Shown here: in pieces, positions 1-10,074 of the stretch
How positions within the stretch are numbered: position 1 is the first letter of the stretch
How the letters are laid out: every line of letters begins with the position of its first letter
Origin: an uncultured Chloroflexia bacterium
GTDB lineage: Bacteria; Chloroflexota; Limnocylindria; Limnocylindrales; CSP1-4
Assembly: GCA_963763775.1 (NCBI GenBank)
Contig: CAVXPZ010000001.1
Span: 320,001-384,000, forward strand
DNA length: 64,000 nucleotides
Direction of reading: 5' to 3'
The notes under the pieces: model-generated
The model's input: the letters and a program-made list of their open reading frames with translations, nothing else
The model's database searches: none
What the model was told of the DNA's origin: nothing
Position numbers and translations under genes: made by a program

Positions 1-709
1 GTCTCGGCCGGCACCCGCTCGCCGACGACCTTGCCGCGCCGGATGACGCGTGATCCGGTCCGCGATCTCGAGGACCTCGTAGAGCTTGTGGCTGATGAAG
101 ACGATGCTGTGGCCCTCGGCGGCGAGCCGTCGCAGGACGACGAAGATCTCCTCGGTCTCCTGCGGGGTGAGCACGGCCGTGGGCTCATCGAGGACCAGGA
201 TCTTCGCGTCCCGGTACAGCGCCTTGAGGATCTCGACGCGCTGCTGCCAGCCCACCGACAGCGACCCGACCTTCGCGTCGGGGTCGACTTCGAACCCGAA
301 CCGGCGCCCGAGGTCGACGATCCGTCGATGGGCCTCCTTCCGGTCGAGGAAGAACGGATTGGCCATCGTCTCCTCGCCGAGGACGATGTTCTCCGCGACG
401 GTGAGCACCGGGACCAGCATGAAGTGCTGGTGGACCATGCTGATGCCCCGCGCGATCGCGTCGGACGGGCCGGTCAGGTGGACCTCGGCGCCGTCGAGCA
501 GGATCTGCGCCCTCGTCCGGGCGTGCCAGCCCGTAGAGGATGTTCATGAGGGTGGTCTTGCCCGCGCCGTTCTCGCCGAGGAGGGCGTGGATCTCGCCGG
601 GCCGGATGTCGAGGTCGATGCCGTCGTTGGCGACGACCCCCGGATAGCGCTTCGTGATGCCGCGCATCTCGAGCGCGGGCGCCTGGACCGTCTCGGGCAC
701 CGCGGTCAT
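1..709 (-). CDS. Sugar/nucleoside ABC transporter ATP-binding protein (runs off the window; apparent frameshifts near 510 and 49)
   Basis: N-terminus [21 protein letters not shown]...[14 protein letters not shown] (Walker A). The adjacent frame continues with [32 protein letters not shown] and FISHKL. Confidence 0.9.
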
Positions 710-792
710 GGTCCTCTCCGGGGTGAGGCGAGGTCGTCAGGGGGAGAGGAGCGGGCCGGCCGTGATGGCCGGCCCGCGTGATCGCCTGTCGG

Positions 793-2014
793 CTACTTCG
801 TGCCGATCGGGATGCCCGTCTTCCCGCAATCGGGAGCTGGCGGGCAGGAGACCGCCGTCCCGGCCGCCAGGGCGGCGGTCGCGGCGTCGATGGTCGTCTG
901 GATGTCGGCCGGGAGCTTGCTCGCCGCATCGTAGAAGGGCGAGATGCCGATGCCGCCGTTGGAGGCGTTGAAGAAGGTCAGGCCGCCCTTGGCCGTGCCC
1001 GCACGCGATCGCCTGGATCTCGTCGGACACCGACTTGGACAGGTGCTTCTCCGCGCTCGTCAGGATGCAGGCCTGGGAGGCCGGGTACGACTCGTGCTGG
1101 TCGACGTCGACGCCGATGGCGTTGATGCCGGCTGCGCACGCGGCGTCGATGACGCCGTTGCCGGTGAGGCCGGCGACCTGGAACAGGACGTCGACGTCCT
1201 TGTTCTGCTTGAGGAACTGGTCACCGAACGTCTTGCCGGCGGCCTGATCGGCGAAGCCGACCTTGAAGTCGCTGTCGGAGACGAAGGCGGTCTTGACCTT
1301 GATGGCCGGGTTGACCGACTGCGCGCCGAGGGTGTAGCCCTGCATGTAGCGAACGCACGGTCCGCACAGGGAGACGCCGCCGATCGCGCCGATCGTGCCG
1401 GTCTTGCTCGCGTTCGCCGCCGCGATCCCGGCCAGATAGCCGGCCTGGTCCTCGGCGTAGTTGATCGCGATGTACTTCGGCAGGAGCTTCGAGACATCGC
1501 CCGAGCAGTCCGCGAACGTCGGATCGACGTCGCCCGTGGCGTTGATGCACGGGGCGTGGTCGACGCCGATGAACCAGATGTCCGGGTTGGCCTTCGCGAG
1601 CTTCGCGGTGGCCGGCACGAGGTTGAAGCCCGTGGCGACGATCACGTTGAAGCCCTGGTCGACGTAGGACTGCAGGAGCGGCTCGTAGTCCGCGTCGCTG
1701 GTCGGGACGACGACGGGCGGCACGGCTGCGCCGATCGCGGCGGCCCCGGCCTGGGCGCCCTTGTTCGTGTACTCGTTGAAGTTCTTGTCGTTGACGGTGC
1801 CGACGTCGGTGACGACGCCGATCTTGAGATCCGACGACGGCGCGGCCGACGACGGCGCGGCGGCCGACTCCGAGGGAGCGACCGACGGGGCCACGGACGG
1901 CGCGACGGACGCGGCCCCCGAGGCGGGGGCGCTCGACGTCCCAGCCGAGCTACAGGCCCCCACGATGATGGACAGTCCCGCGAACAGGACCAGTCCGGTA
2001 GAGCGGATGCGCAT
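793..2014 (-). CDS. BMP-family (nucleoside-binding) ABC substrate-binding lipoprotein; frameshift near 1003
   Basis: GGAGGAGG RBS, lipobox IVGAC, DVGTVNDKNFN, EDQAGYLAG, FQVAGLTGNGV, IGVDVDQ, TSAEK. The C-terminus lies in another frame and ends at TAG 793-795. Confidence 0.9.
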
Positions 2015-2230
2015 GTGTCCTCCTCCAGATTTCGCGGTCCATGCGTCCACGACGGGCAGCTACCCAGGGATCGCCAGGGACCGGCGCGCGGTGGCCCCGA
2101 GCGGGCGCACACCGTTGCGGGCATCGTACTGACGGCACAGGTCACCGGCAAGCGCCGACGGCACGAGGCTTCGGTTGCAGGATAGGCGCGCGGACATCCG
2201 GCTGCCGGTCGGCTGCGCTACCCTCGGCGC

Positions 2231-3163
2231 GTGACGCGCCCGATCATCCTCGACTGCGATCCCGGTCACGACGACGCCCTCGCCATCGCGCTCGCGGTGG
2301 CCCGGCCGGAGCTCGACGTGCTGGCCGTCACGACGGTCGCCGGCAACGCGCCCCTGGACCGGACGACGAGGAACGCGTTGCGGGTCCTGACCCTCCTCGA
2401 CCGGACCTCGATCCCCGTCGCGTCGGGGGCGGAACGGCCCCTCGTCCGCGACCCGTGGGTCCCCGTCGAGTTCCACGGGCCGTCCGGCCTGGACGGGGCG
2501 GACCTGCCCGAACCGGCGGTCGGAGCCGTCAGTCTGTCCGCGCTGGAGCTGGCCGCCTCGATCCTGCGGGCGGCGGACGCGCCGGTCACGATCGTGGCGA
2601 CGGGGCCGCTGACGAACGTGGCGCTCCTGCTCCGGGCCACGCCCGCGCTCCGCGACCGGATCGCCGAGATCTCGTTGATGGGCGGGTCGCTGGGGGAGGG
2701 GAACACCACCGCGGCGGCGGAGTTCAACATCTGGGCGGACCCCGAGGCCGCCGCCGTCGTGTTCGAGAGCGGGATCCCGATCCGCATGGCCGGCCTCGAC
2801 ATCACGCACCAGGCCCTCGTGCTCCCCGCGGACGTCGAGCGGCTCGAGGCGCTCGGGACGCGGCCCGGCCGGGTCTTCGCGGACCTCATGCGGTTCTTCG
2901 CTGTCCACCATCGCGACCGGTACGGCTGGGATGGACCGCCGATCCATGACGCCGTCGCGGTGGCCTGGCTCGTGGCACCGGAGCTCATCCAGGCCCGGTC
3001 GTTGCGCGTCGATGTCGAGACGGGTGGGACCGTGACCCGCGGTCGGACGGTCGCCGACCCCGAGGGTCTCTCGGGCCGGCCCACGAACGCGCTCGTCGGG
3101 ATGGCCATCGACCGGGCCGGGCTGATGGACCTGATCGTGGACGCGGTCGGGCGGTTCTCGTGA
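2231..3163 (+). CDS. Nucleoside hydrolase (IUNH/Rih family)
   Basis: DCDPGHDD motif, GPLTN, AEFNIWADPEAA, IHDA. Confidence 0.95.
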   Translation: MTRPIILDCDPGHDDALAIALAVARPELDVLAVTTVAGNAPLDRTTRNALRVLTLLDRTSIPVASGAERPLVRDPWVPVEFHGPSGLDGADLPEPAVGAVSLSALELAASILRAADAPVTIVATGPLTNVALLLRATPALRDRIAEISLMGGSLGEGNTTAAAEFNIWADPEAAAVVFESGIPIRMAGLDITHQALVLPADVERLEALGTRPGRVFADLMRFFAVHHRDRYGWDGPPIHDAVAVAWLVAPELIQARSLRVDVETGGTVTRGRTVADPEGLSGRPTNALVGMAIDRAGLMDLIVDAVGRFS

Positions 3164-3185
3164 CGGCCGCGCGGTCGGCTCGGCC

Positions 3186-4410
3186 GTGGTGACCGCGACG
3201 CCGGCCGACCTCGGGTTCGACCCGGCCGACCCGGCGTTCATCGCCGACCCGTACCCGGTGTTCCGTGAGATGCGGGAGCGCCACCCGGTCATCTACGACG
3301 AGCGGACGTCGCAGTGGCTCGTCACGCGCCACGCGGACGTCGACCGGCTGCTGCGCGACCGGCGGCTGGGCCGCTCCTACCTGCACACGGCGACCCACGA
3401 GGAGATGGGTCGAACGCCGCCGCCCGCGTGGCACGCGCCGTTCACCGAGCTGAACGGCAACGGCATGCTCGACCGCGAGCCGCCCGACCACACGCGGCTG
3501 CGACGGCTCGTGCTCAAGGCGTTCACGCCGCGCACCGTCGAAGGGCTCCGGGTGCGGATCCAGGCGCTCGTCGACGGGTACCTCGACGACCTCGAGGGCG
3601 CCGGCGAAGTGGACCTGATCGCCCAGTACATCGAACCGTTGCCGGTGACCGTCATCGCCGACCTGCTCGGCGATCCCCGAGGCGGACCGGCACCAGCTGC
3701 GACCGTGGTCGCGCGACATCTGCCTGATGTACGAGCTCAACCCGCCCGACGCGTCGGCCCGCAAGGCGGTCACCGCCAGCCTCGAGTTCTCGGCCTATCT
3801 GCGCGAGCTCCTCCGCGACCGTCGCACCCGCCCCGGCGACGACCTCATCAGCGAGCTCGCGGCGGTCGTCGACGACGGCGACAAGCTCACCGAGGACGAG
3901 CTGATCGGCACCTGCGTGCTGCTGCTCAACGCCGGCCACGAGGCGTCCGTGAACGGTGCCGGGAACGGCTGGTGGACGCTGTTCCGTCACCCGGACCAGC
4001 TCGCGCGGTTCCGGGAGGACCCGGCGCTCGCCTCGACAGCCGTCGATGAGTTGCTGCGGTTCGACACGCCGCTGGCGCTGTTCGAGCGCTGGGTGCTCGA
4101 GGACATCGAGGTCGGTGGGATGATGCTCCCGCGAGGCTCGGAGCTGGCCCTCCAGTTCGCCTCGGCGAACCGCGACCCGTCCGTCTTCGCCGCCGCGGAC
4201 GAGCTGGACCTCGGCCGGTCGCCGAACCCGCACGTGTCGTTCGGGGCCGGGATCCATTACTGCCTCGGCGCCCCGCTCGCCCGGCTCGAGTTGCAGATCG
4301 CGTTCTCGACCCTGCTGCGCCGGGCGCCCGGACTCGAACTCGTCGAGGTGCCCGAGTGGAAGCCGACGTACGTCCTGCGCGGGCTGCGCTCGCTCCTGGT
4401 CCGCTGGTGA
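3186..4410 (+). CDS. Cytochrome P450 (frameshift near 3670)
   Basis: DPYP, EPPDHTRLRRLV..AFTPR, AGHEA (I-helix), ELLR (ExxR), FGAGIHYCLGAPLAR heme motif. Split between ORFs 3186 and 3727. Confidence 0.92.
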
Positions 4411-4417
4411 GGGACCG

Positions 4418-5048
4418 GTGACCGGGACGGGCTCGGCGGCGCGGTACGTCGCGCTCGGGGACTCGTACACGATCGGGACCGCGGTGGCCGTGGCCGACCG
4501 ATTCCCGGAGCAGCTCGTTGGCCTCCTCGCGGACACGCCCACACCGCTCGACCTGGTCGCCAACCTCGGCGTCAACGGGTACACGACCGCGGATCTCATC
4601 CGCGACGAACTGCCGGTGCTCGCGGGACTCCGTCCGGCCCTCGTGACACTCCTGATCGGCGTCAACGACGTCGTCGCCGGCGTCACGGCGACGGCCTACG
4701 AAGCGAACGTCGTCACGATCCTTGACGCCATCGAGGCGACCGTGCCCGCGGAGCGGATCGTGACCGTGGCGATCCCCGACTACACGGCGACGCCGCGCGG
4801 CGCCGATTTCGGGGACCCGCGCCAGCAGCACGACGCCATCGTGGCGAACAACGCGGCGATGCGGCGAGCAGGCCGACACCCGACGCATCCCGTTCGTCGA
4901 CATCTTCGACCTCTCCCTCGCTGCCGCCGCCGACCGCTCGCTGGTCGCCGACGACGGCCTCCACCCATCCGGAGCGCAGTACAAGCGCTGGGTCGAGCGG
5001 ATCGGCCCGGTCGTCCTGGCGTCGCTCGGCCGGGAACCGGGCCGATGA
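4418..5048 (+). CDS. SGNH/GDSL hydrolase (frameshift near 4870)
   Basis: LGDSYT and GVND. The shifted frame gives DGLHPSG and stops at TGA 5046-5048. Confidence 0.85.
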
Positions 5049-5740
5049 GCGTGGTCCAACCACGGATCGAACGGGTGCGGCTTGCGATCGCGTCAGCAGA
5101 GGCTGCCGCCCTGGCCGGGCTGGCCGCCGCGGTCCTGCTGTCGTCCTCGGTCTACCTGCTCAGCCGGCAGCCGGGCGTCGGGTCGTCCCCCGACGACCTC
5201 GCGTGGTACGCCGACCCCTCGAACCGGTCGACCGTCTTCCTCGGCCTCAACCTTGCGCCGCTCGGCGTCGTCGCCCTCCTGTGGTTCATGGCCGTCATCC
5301 GGCGCCGCCTCGGCGCCCGCGAGGACCAGTTCTTCGCCACGGTGTTCCTCGGCAGCGGGATCGCCTTCGGGCTGCTGACCATCACCGCCGCCGTCTGCGC
5401 CGCCGCCCCGACCTTCGTGGTCGAGTACGGCACGATCGCCTCGCTCGAGCCCTCGACGGTCGCCCTCGCCCACGGCCTGTGGGTCGGACTCTGGAGCGTC
5501 GGCGCCTCGCGGCTGGTCGGCGTGTTCATCGCAGCGACGTCGACGATCGGGCTGCGATTCGGGGCGCTGCCCCCATGGCTCGGTCGCCTCGGCCTCGTTG
5601 TCGGGGTGATCATGAGCCTCACGGGCGCGTTCGCGGGGCCGCTCGACTTCCTCTTCGCGGCGTGGCTCGCCCTGGTCAGCTTCACGCTGTTGCTGGACGG
5701 ACGGCGCCGCCGCCGCGTGGCTGAGGCACCCTCGGGCTGA
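5045..5740 (+). CDS. Multi-pass membrane protein
   Basis: ATGA overlap with the upstream gene, ~6 hydrophobic segments, REDQFFATVFLGSG motif. Confidence 0.7.
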   Translation: MSVVQPRIERVRLAIASAEAAALAGLAAAVLLSSSVYLLSRQPGVGSSPDDLAWYADPSNRSTVFLGLNLAPLGVVALLWFMAVIRRRLGAREDQFFATVFLGSGIAFGLLTITAAVCAAAPTFVVEYGTIASLEPSTVALAHGLWVGLWSVGASRLVGVFIAATSTIGLRFGALPPWLGRLGLVVGVIMSLTGAFAGPLDFLFAAWLALVSFTLLLDGRRRRRVAEAPSG

Positions 5741-5763
5741 CGGTCGGTGCCTGGCCCGGTGCG

Positions 5764-6162
5764 TCAGCGGCCGTGGCGCTCCCGCTCGATCTCGTGGAGG
5801 CGCGCGTCGCTGATCCCGAAGTGGTGGGCGATCTCGTGGTGGACGGTGTCGGTCACGCCGGCCGCGAGGGCCTCCGGCGTCCGGTAGGACCGCATCAACG
5901 GGCCGCGGAAGATCGTGATCTTGTTCGGGACGGCGGCCAGGTCCGCCCCGTACGCGGTCCGCGGGATGCCCTGGTACAGCCCATAGAGGCCGCGCGCGCC
6001 GACCGAGGCGAGCTGCGCCGCGTTGGGTTCCTCCTCGATGACGATCGCGACGCTCCCGAGCTGGTCGGCGAAGACGGGCGGGAGCGCTTCGAGCGCATCG
6101 ATGACGAGGCCCTCGAGATCGACGGTGTCGAGCGAGGCCGAGGGTGAGACCGGGTCTTGCAC
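5764..6162 (-). CDS. Zincin-like metallopeptidase family protein
   Basis: LYGLYQGIP, PNKITIFRGPL, HHEIAHHFGISD (HExxH). Confidence 0.88.
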   Translation of the reverse strand: MQDPVSPSASLDTVDLEGLVIDALEALPPVFADQLGSVAIVIEEEPNAAQLASVGARGLYGLYQGIPRTAYGADLAAVPNKITIFRGPLMRSYRTPEALAAGVTDTVHHEIAHHFGISDARLHEIERERHGR

Positions 6163-6233
6163 CCGTCAACGATACCCGCGACGGCCGATCCAGCCTCCGG
6201 ACGAGTCCGCCGCGGGCGCGGGCGCGGGAGCCA

Positions 6234-6261
6234 TGTCGATTTCGGCCATCGCCCGTTCGAC
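6234..6261 (+). promoter_or_regulatory. Putative ECF42-type promoter
   Basis: TGTCGA-N18-CGAC upstream of the YciI-YciI-ECF operon, matching the described ECF42 -35 TGTCGA / -10 CG(A/T)C consensus. Confidence 0.6.
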
Positions 6262-6339
6262 GTCGGTATAGGAGCCGGTGAGACCGATCGAGACAGACCG
6301 GACGCGGCGCTCCCGAACAGGGATGGAGGTGACACGACG

Positions 6340-6717
6340 ATGCGAGCGATGGTCCTCATCCGGACCGACGGCCGGGATCCGGCACCGCCCGGGGCCGAGA
6401 AGGCGCCTGGCGGATCGAAGCGGTTCGATGCCGAACTCGTCCGCGCCGGGGTACTCCTGGCGTCAGAACGCGTGCGTGCCGGCGCCGAGGTGGTCCGGGT
6501 GCGGTCCGGCCAAGGGGCGCGCGCTGTCGCGACCCGGGCATCGGACGGGGCGAACGGGGCGAACGGGCCGGTGACCGGCCTGTGGCTCTGGCAGGTCCGA
6601 TCGCTCGAGGAGGCGACCGAATGGGCCATGCGCGCTCCCGAGCTGGCGACGGGCGCGATCGAGATCGAGATCCGCCAGGTCATCGAGCCCGGCGACGACC
6701 CGGGCGCGGGACGGTAG
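6340..6717 (+). CDS. YciI/DGPF-family protein (divergent)
   Basis: GGAGG RBS, ELVRAGVLLA..., GLWLWQVRSLEEATEWAMRAP, EIEIRQV. The DGPF motif is degenerate. Confidence 0.75.
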   Translation: MRAMVLIRTDGRDPAPPGAEKAPGGSKRFDAELVRAGVLLASERVRAGAEVVRVRSGQGARAVATRASDGANGANGPVTGLWLWQVRSLEEATEWAMRAPELATGAIEIEIRQVIEPGDDPGAGR

Positions 6718-6769
6718 GCTGCCCCTACCTCCCGTCGAACCCAAGCGACGAACGAAGGAGATCCTCGAG

Positions 6770-7129
6770 ATGAAGTTCTTCATGTACACGCTCGGCGACG
6801 AGAACGTGCCGATGCCACCCCCGACCCCGGAGCTCTTCGAGCGCATGGGCGCCTTCATGCAGAAGGCCGTCGAGTCGGGCGCACTGATCGAGACCGGCGG
6901 CTTCGGCCCGAGCGTCCTCGGCGCGAAGGTCAGCCTCGCGGACGGCGAGTACACCGTGACCGACGGCCCGTTCTCCGAGGCCAAGGAGCTGATCGGGGGC
7001 TGGGCCCTCGTGAACGCCGCGTCGAAGGCGGAGGCCATCGAGATGGCCAAGGAGTTCCTCTCGATCGTCGGCGGCGGTGAGTCCCGCATCCGGCAGGTCT
7101 TCGGGCCGGAGGACGGCCCGCCCCAGTGA
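6770..7129 (+). CDS. YciI/DGPF-family protein
   Basis: VTDGPFSEAKELIGGWALV, AAGGAG RBS. Confidence 0.92.
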   Translation: MKFFMYTLGDENVPMPPPTPELFERMGAFMQKAVESGALIETGGFGPSVLGAKVSLADGEYTVTDGPFSEAKELIGGWALVNAASKAEAIEMAKEFLSIVGGGESRIRQVFGPEDGPPQ

Positions 7130-8415
7130 CGGGACCCGACACGCATCGAGCGATCGATGCGGTCTGGCGGATCGAGTCGGCCCGGCTGATCGCCGGGCTG
7201 ACGCGCATCGTCCGCGATGTCGGACTCGCCGAGGACCTGGCCCAGGACGCCCTGGTCGCGGCGCTCCAGCAATGGCCCGACTCGGGCGTCCCGGACAATC
7301 CGGGGGCCTGGCTGATGGCCGTCGGACGCCGGCGCGCCATCGACGTCCTCCGCCGGCAGGCGACGCTCGACCGAAAGCACGACGAGGTCGGCCGCGACCT
7401 CCAGGTCCAGCAGGATCTGGCGATCGCCGAGCGCGAGGCCGCGACGGACGACGACGTCGGCGACGACCTGCTGCGGCTCGTCTTCGTCGCGTGCCACCCC
7501 GTGCTCTCCCTGGACGCCCGGGTCGCGTTGACGCTCCGGTTGCTCGGCGGTCTCACGACACCGGAGATCGCGCGGGCCTTCCTCGTCCCCGAAGCGACCG
7601 TCGCCCAGCGGATCGTCCGTGCGAAGCGGACACTCACTGAGGCGCGGGTGCCGTTCGAGGTCCCGCGAGCGGCCGAGCTCCCGGCTCGCCTGTCCTCCGT
7701 GCTCGGGGTCATCTACCTCATCTTCAACGAGGGGTACTCGGCGACGTCCGGCGACGACTGGATGCGACCCGGCCTGTGCGAGGACGCGCTCCGCCTCGGC
7801 CGGATCGTCGCGGAGCTGATGCCGGCGGAGTCCGAGGCCCACGGCCTGGTCGCCCTCATGGAGATCCAGGCGTCGCGCTCGACGGCGCGCGTCGGGCCGG
7901 GCGGCGAGCCGATCCTCCTGCTCGACCAGGACCGGAACCGGTGGGACCCGCTGCTCATCCGCCGCGGCCTGACCGCGCTCGAACGGGCCCAGCGGATCGG
8001 CGGCGCACTCGGCCCGTACGGCTTGCAGGCCGCGATCGCCGCGTGCCATGCGCGCGCGACGACCCCGGACGCGACCGACTGGGCGCGGATCTCGGCGCTG
8101 TACGACGCCCTGGCCGAGCTGACGCCGTCGCCCGTCGTCGAGCTGAACCGGGCCGTGGCCGTGTCGATGGCCTTCGGCCCGGCCGCCGGCCTCGAGCTCG
8201 TCGACCGGCTCACCGACGACCCCGCGCTCCGGGCCTACCACCTGCTCCCGAGCGTCCGCGGCGATCTCCTGGCGAAGCTCGGCCGGCTCGACGAGGCCAC
8301 CGCGGAGTTCGAGCGCGCCGCCGCGCTCACCCGGAACACCCGGGAACGGACGCTGCTCCTCGAGCGGGCGGAGGCGCTGGCCGGAGACGCGGGAGATCGG
8401 CCGCCGGCTCGCTAG
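7126..8415 (+). CDS. ECF sigma factor, ECF42 group (C-terminal TPR/DUF6596 extension)
   Basis: AEDLAQDAL, PGAWLMA, DDLLRLVFVACHPVL, IYLIFNEGY, PYGLQAAIAACH; 429 aa. Confidence 0.92.
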   Translation: MTGPDTHRAIDAVWRIESARLIAGLTRIVRDVGLAEDLAQDALVAALQQWPDSGVPDNPGAWLMAVGRRRAIDVLRRQATLDRKHDEVGRDLQVQQDLAIAEREAATDDDVGDDLLRLVFVACHPVLSLDARVALTLRLLGGLTTPEIARAFLVPEATVAQRIVRAKRTLTEARVPFEVPRAAELPARLSSVLGVIYLIFNEGYSATSGDDWMRPGLCEDALRLGRIVAELMPAESEAHGLVALMEIQASRSTARVGPGGEPILLLDQDRNRWDPLLIRRGLTALERAQRIGGALGPYGLQAAIAACHARATTPDATDWARISALYDALAELTPSPVVELNRAVAVSMAFGPAAGLELVDRLTDDPALRAYHLLPSVRGDLLAKLGRLDEATAEFERAAALTRNTRERTLLLERAEALAGDAGDRPPAR

Positions 8416-8497
8416 GGCGTCGTGGGTCGATGCGGATACGATGCCGACTGACGACGGATCGGCGTTCCTAGGCCGATCGCTGGACGAGGAGTGACGC

Positions 8498-9178
8498 ATG
8501 AGGATCCGGCCCGCGGCCATCGCGATCGCGATCGCGGCGAGTGCGGCTGGGGCGGTCGCCCTGGTCCGCCAGAACCACCGTGTCGCGACCGCGCGAGCCG
8601 CCGACGGCGGCGTGCTGATGGGCGACGTGGCCGCCTACGACCGGATGAGCCGATGGTTCCTCGGGTCGCTGTTCCGAGGGATCGCCGCCGATGTCGCGGG
8701 CGCCGTCCCGCCGGCCGGCCGGGTCCTCGAGGTCGGCTGTGGTCCCGGCCTCCTGTCGATCCGGTTGGCCGGGTCGCACGGACTCGACGTCACGGGCCTC
8801 GACCTCGACCCCGAGATGATCGAGCGAGCGCGCGCAAACGCGGCGGGGGTCGCGGACGCCGCCGCCCTGTCGTTCGTTGCCGGCGACGTCGCGGCCCTTC
8901 CCTTCGAGGACGCGGCGTTCGACGCGGTGGTCAGCACGATGTCGATGCACCATTGGCCGGATCGAGCCGCGGCCTTGGGCGAGATCGCGCGAGTCCTTCG
9001 ACCGGGCGGCCGCGTCCTGATCTGGGATCTCAAGCCGGGGATCCTCCCGTTCCATCCGAAGACGCATGGCGAGCACGAGGCGATGGCCGGTCTCGCGCTG
9101 CACCCGGTCGGGATCAGCGACTGGCGATGGCCCGGCCCGCTGGTCCTGACGCAGCGGTTCGAACTCGAGCGCGATTGA
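8498..9178 (+). CDS. Class I SAM-dependent methyltransferase
   Basis: VLEVGCGPG, LPFEDAAFDAVV, RVLRPGG. Confidence 0.9.
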   Translation: MRIRPAAIAIAIAASAAGAVALVRQNHRVATARAADGGVLMGDVAAYDRMSRWFLGSLFRGIAADVAGAVPPAGRVLEVGCGPGLLSIRLAGSHGLDVTGLDLDPEMIERARANAAGVADAAALSFVAGDVAALPFEDAAFDAVVSTMSMHHWPDRAAALGEIARVLRPGGRVLIWDLKPGILPFHPKTHGEHEAMAGLALHPVGISDWRWPGPLVLTQRFELERD

Positions 9179-9196
9179 AGCTGGAGGGTCAACGGC

Positions 9197-10060
9197 ATGC
9201 CTCGCCTGCAGTCCAAGAGCTTCGCGACGCCTGATGACGTCCACTCGATGCCGAAGGCGCGCTTCGAGACGGTCGGCATGGGCGATGCCACCGTCGGGCA
9301 CTGCACCTTCGAGCCCGGCTGGCGCTGGTCAGCGGACATGGCGCCGATGGTGGGGACCCGGAGCTGTCAGATGCGCCATTTCGGGTACACGATCTCCGGG
9401 GCGATGCACATCGTCATGGACGACGGCACGACGCTGGATATCGGCCCGAATGCCGTGTTCGAAGTCCCCCCGGGTCATGACAAGTGGGTGCAGGGCGATG
9501 AGCCATGGGTTTGCGTGGAGTGGGGAGGGACAGCCCGGGCGCAGAAGATGGCCTTCGACGACACCGATCAGCGGATGCTCGCGACGGTCGTGTTCACGGA
9601 CATCGTCGACTCGACTGTCACGCTCGAGCGCCTTGGGGACGAGGCCTGGCGCGCTGTGCTGGTCGCCCATAACGCACGGTTCCGCGAACAACTGAACCTG
9701 TATCGCGGTCGTGAGGTGAACACGACGGGCGACGGGTTCCTCGCGATCTTCGACAGCGCCACCCGGGCCGTGCGGTGCGCGACGGCGATGACCCGGTCGG
9801 CCGTGGACATGGATCTGCACATCCGCGCCGGGGTCCATACGGGCGAGGTCGACGTCTCGGGGGAGGACGCGCGCGGTCTCGCCGTCCACGCTGCTGCCCG
9901 GATCCTCGCCCTTGCCGGACCCGACGAGGTGCTCGTCTCATCCACGACCGGCGAATTGCTTGACGGCTCGGGCCTGGAGCTCGAGGACGCCGGAATGCAC
10001 GAGCTGAAGGGCATCGCCGGAGCTCGCCATCTGCTGCGAGTCGTCGACGCGGGGACGTAG
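9197..10060 (+). CDS. Cupin + class III adenylate/guanylate cyclase fusion
   Basis: N-terminal FEPGWRWS..C..RH..VPPGHD cupin; C-terminal FTDIVDST, TGDGF, RAGVHTGEV, AARI. Confidence 0.9.
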   Translation: MPRLQSKSFATPDDVHSMPKARFETVGMGDATVGHCTFEPGWRWSADMAPMVGTRSCQMRHFGYTISGAMHIVMDDGTTLDIGPNAVFEVPPGHDKWVQGDEPWVCVEWGGTARAQKMAFDDTDQRMLATVVFTDIVDSTVTLERLGDEAWRAVLVAHNARFREQLNLYRGREVNTTGDGFLAIFDSATRAVRCATAMTRSAVDMDLHIRAGVHTGEVDVSGEDARGLAVHAAARILALAGPDEVLVSSTTGELLDGSGLELEDAGMHELKGIAGARHLLRVVDAGT

Positions 10061-10074
10061 TCCGGAACGATCGC

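Noticed and set aside
2015-2230. Purine or nucleoside riboswitch upstream of the BMP gene
   Set aside because: No recognisable purine-riboswitch consensus on either strand.
4418-5740. SGNH-membrane protein fusion ORF (440 aa)
   Set aside because: The catalytic DGLHP motif is in another frame ending at 5048. These are two genes joined by a frameshift error.
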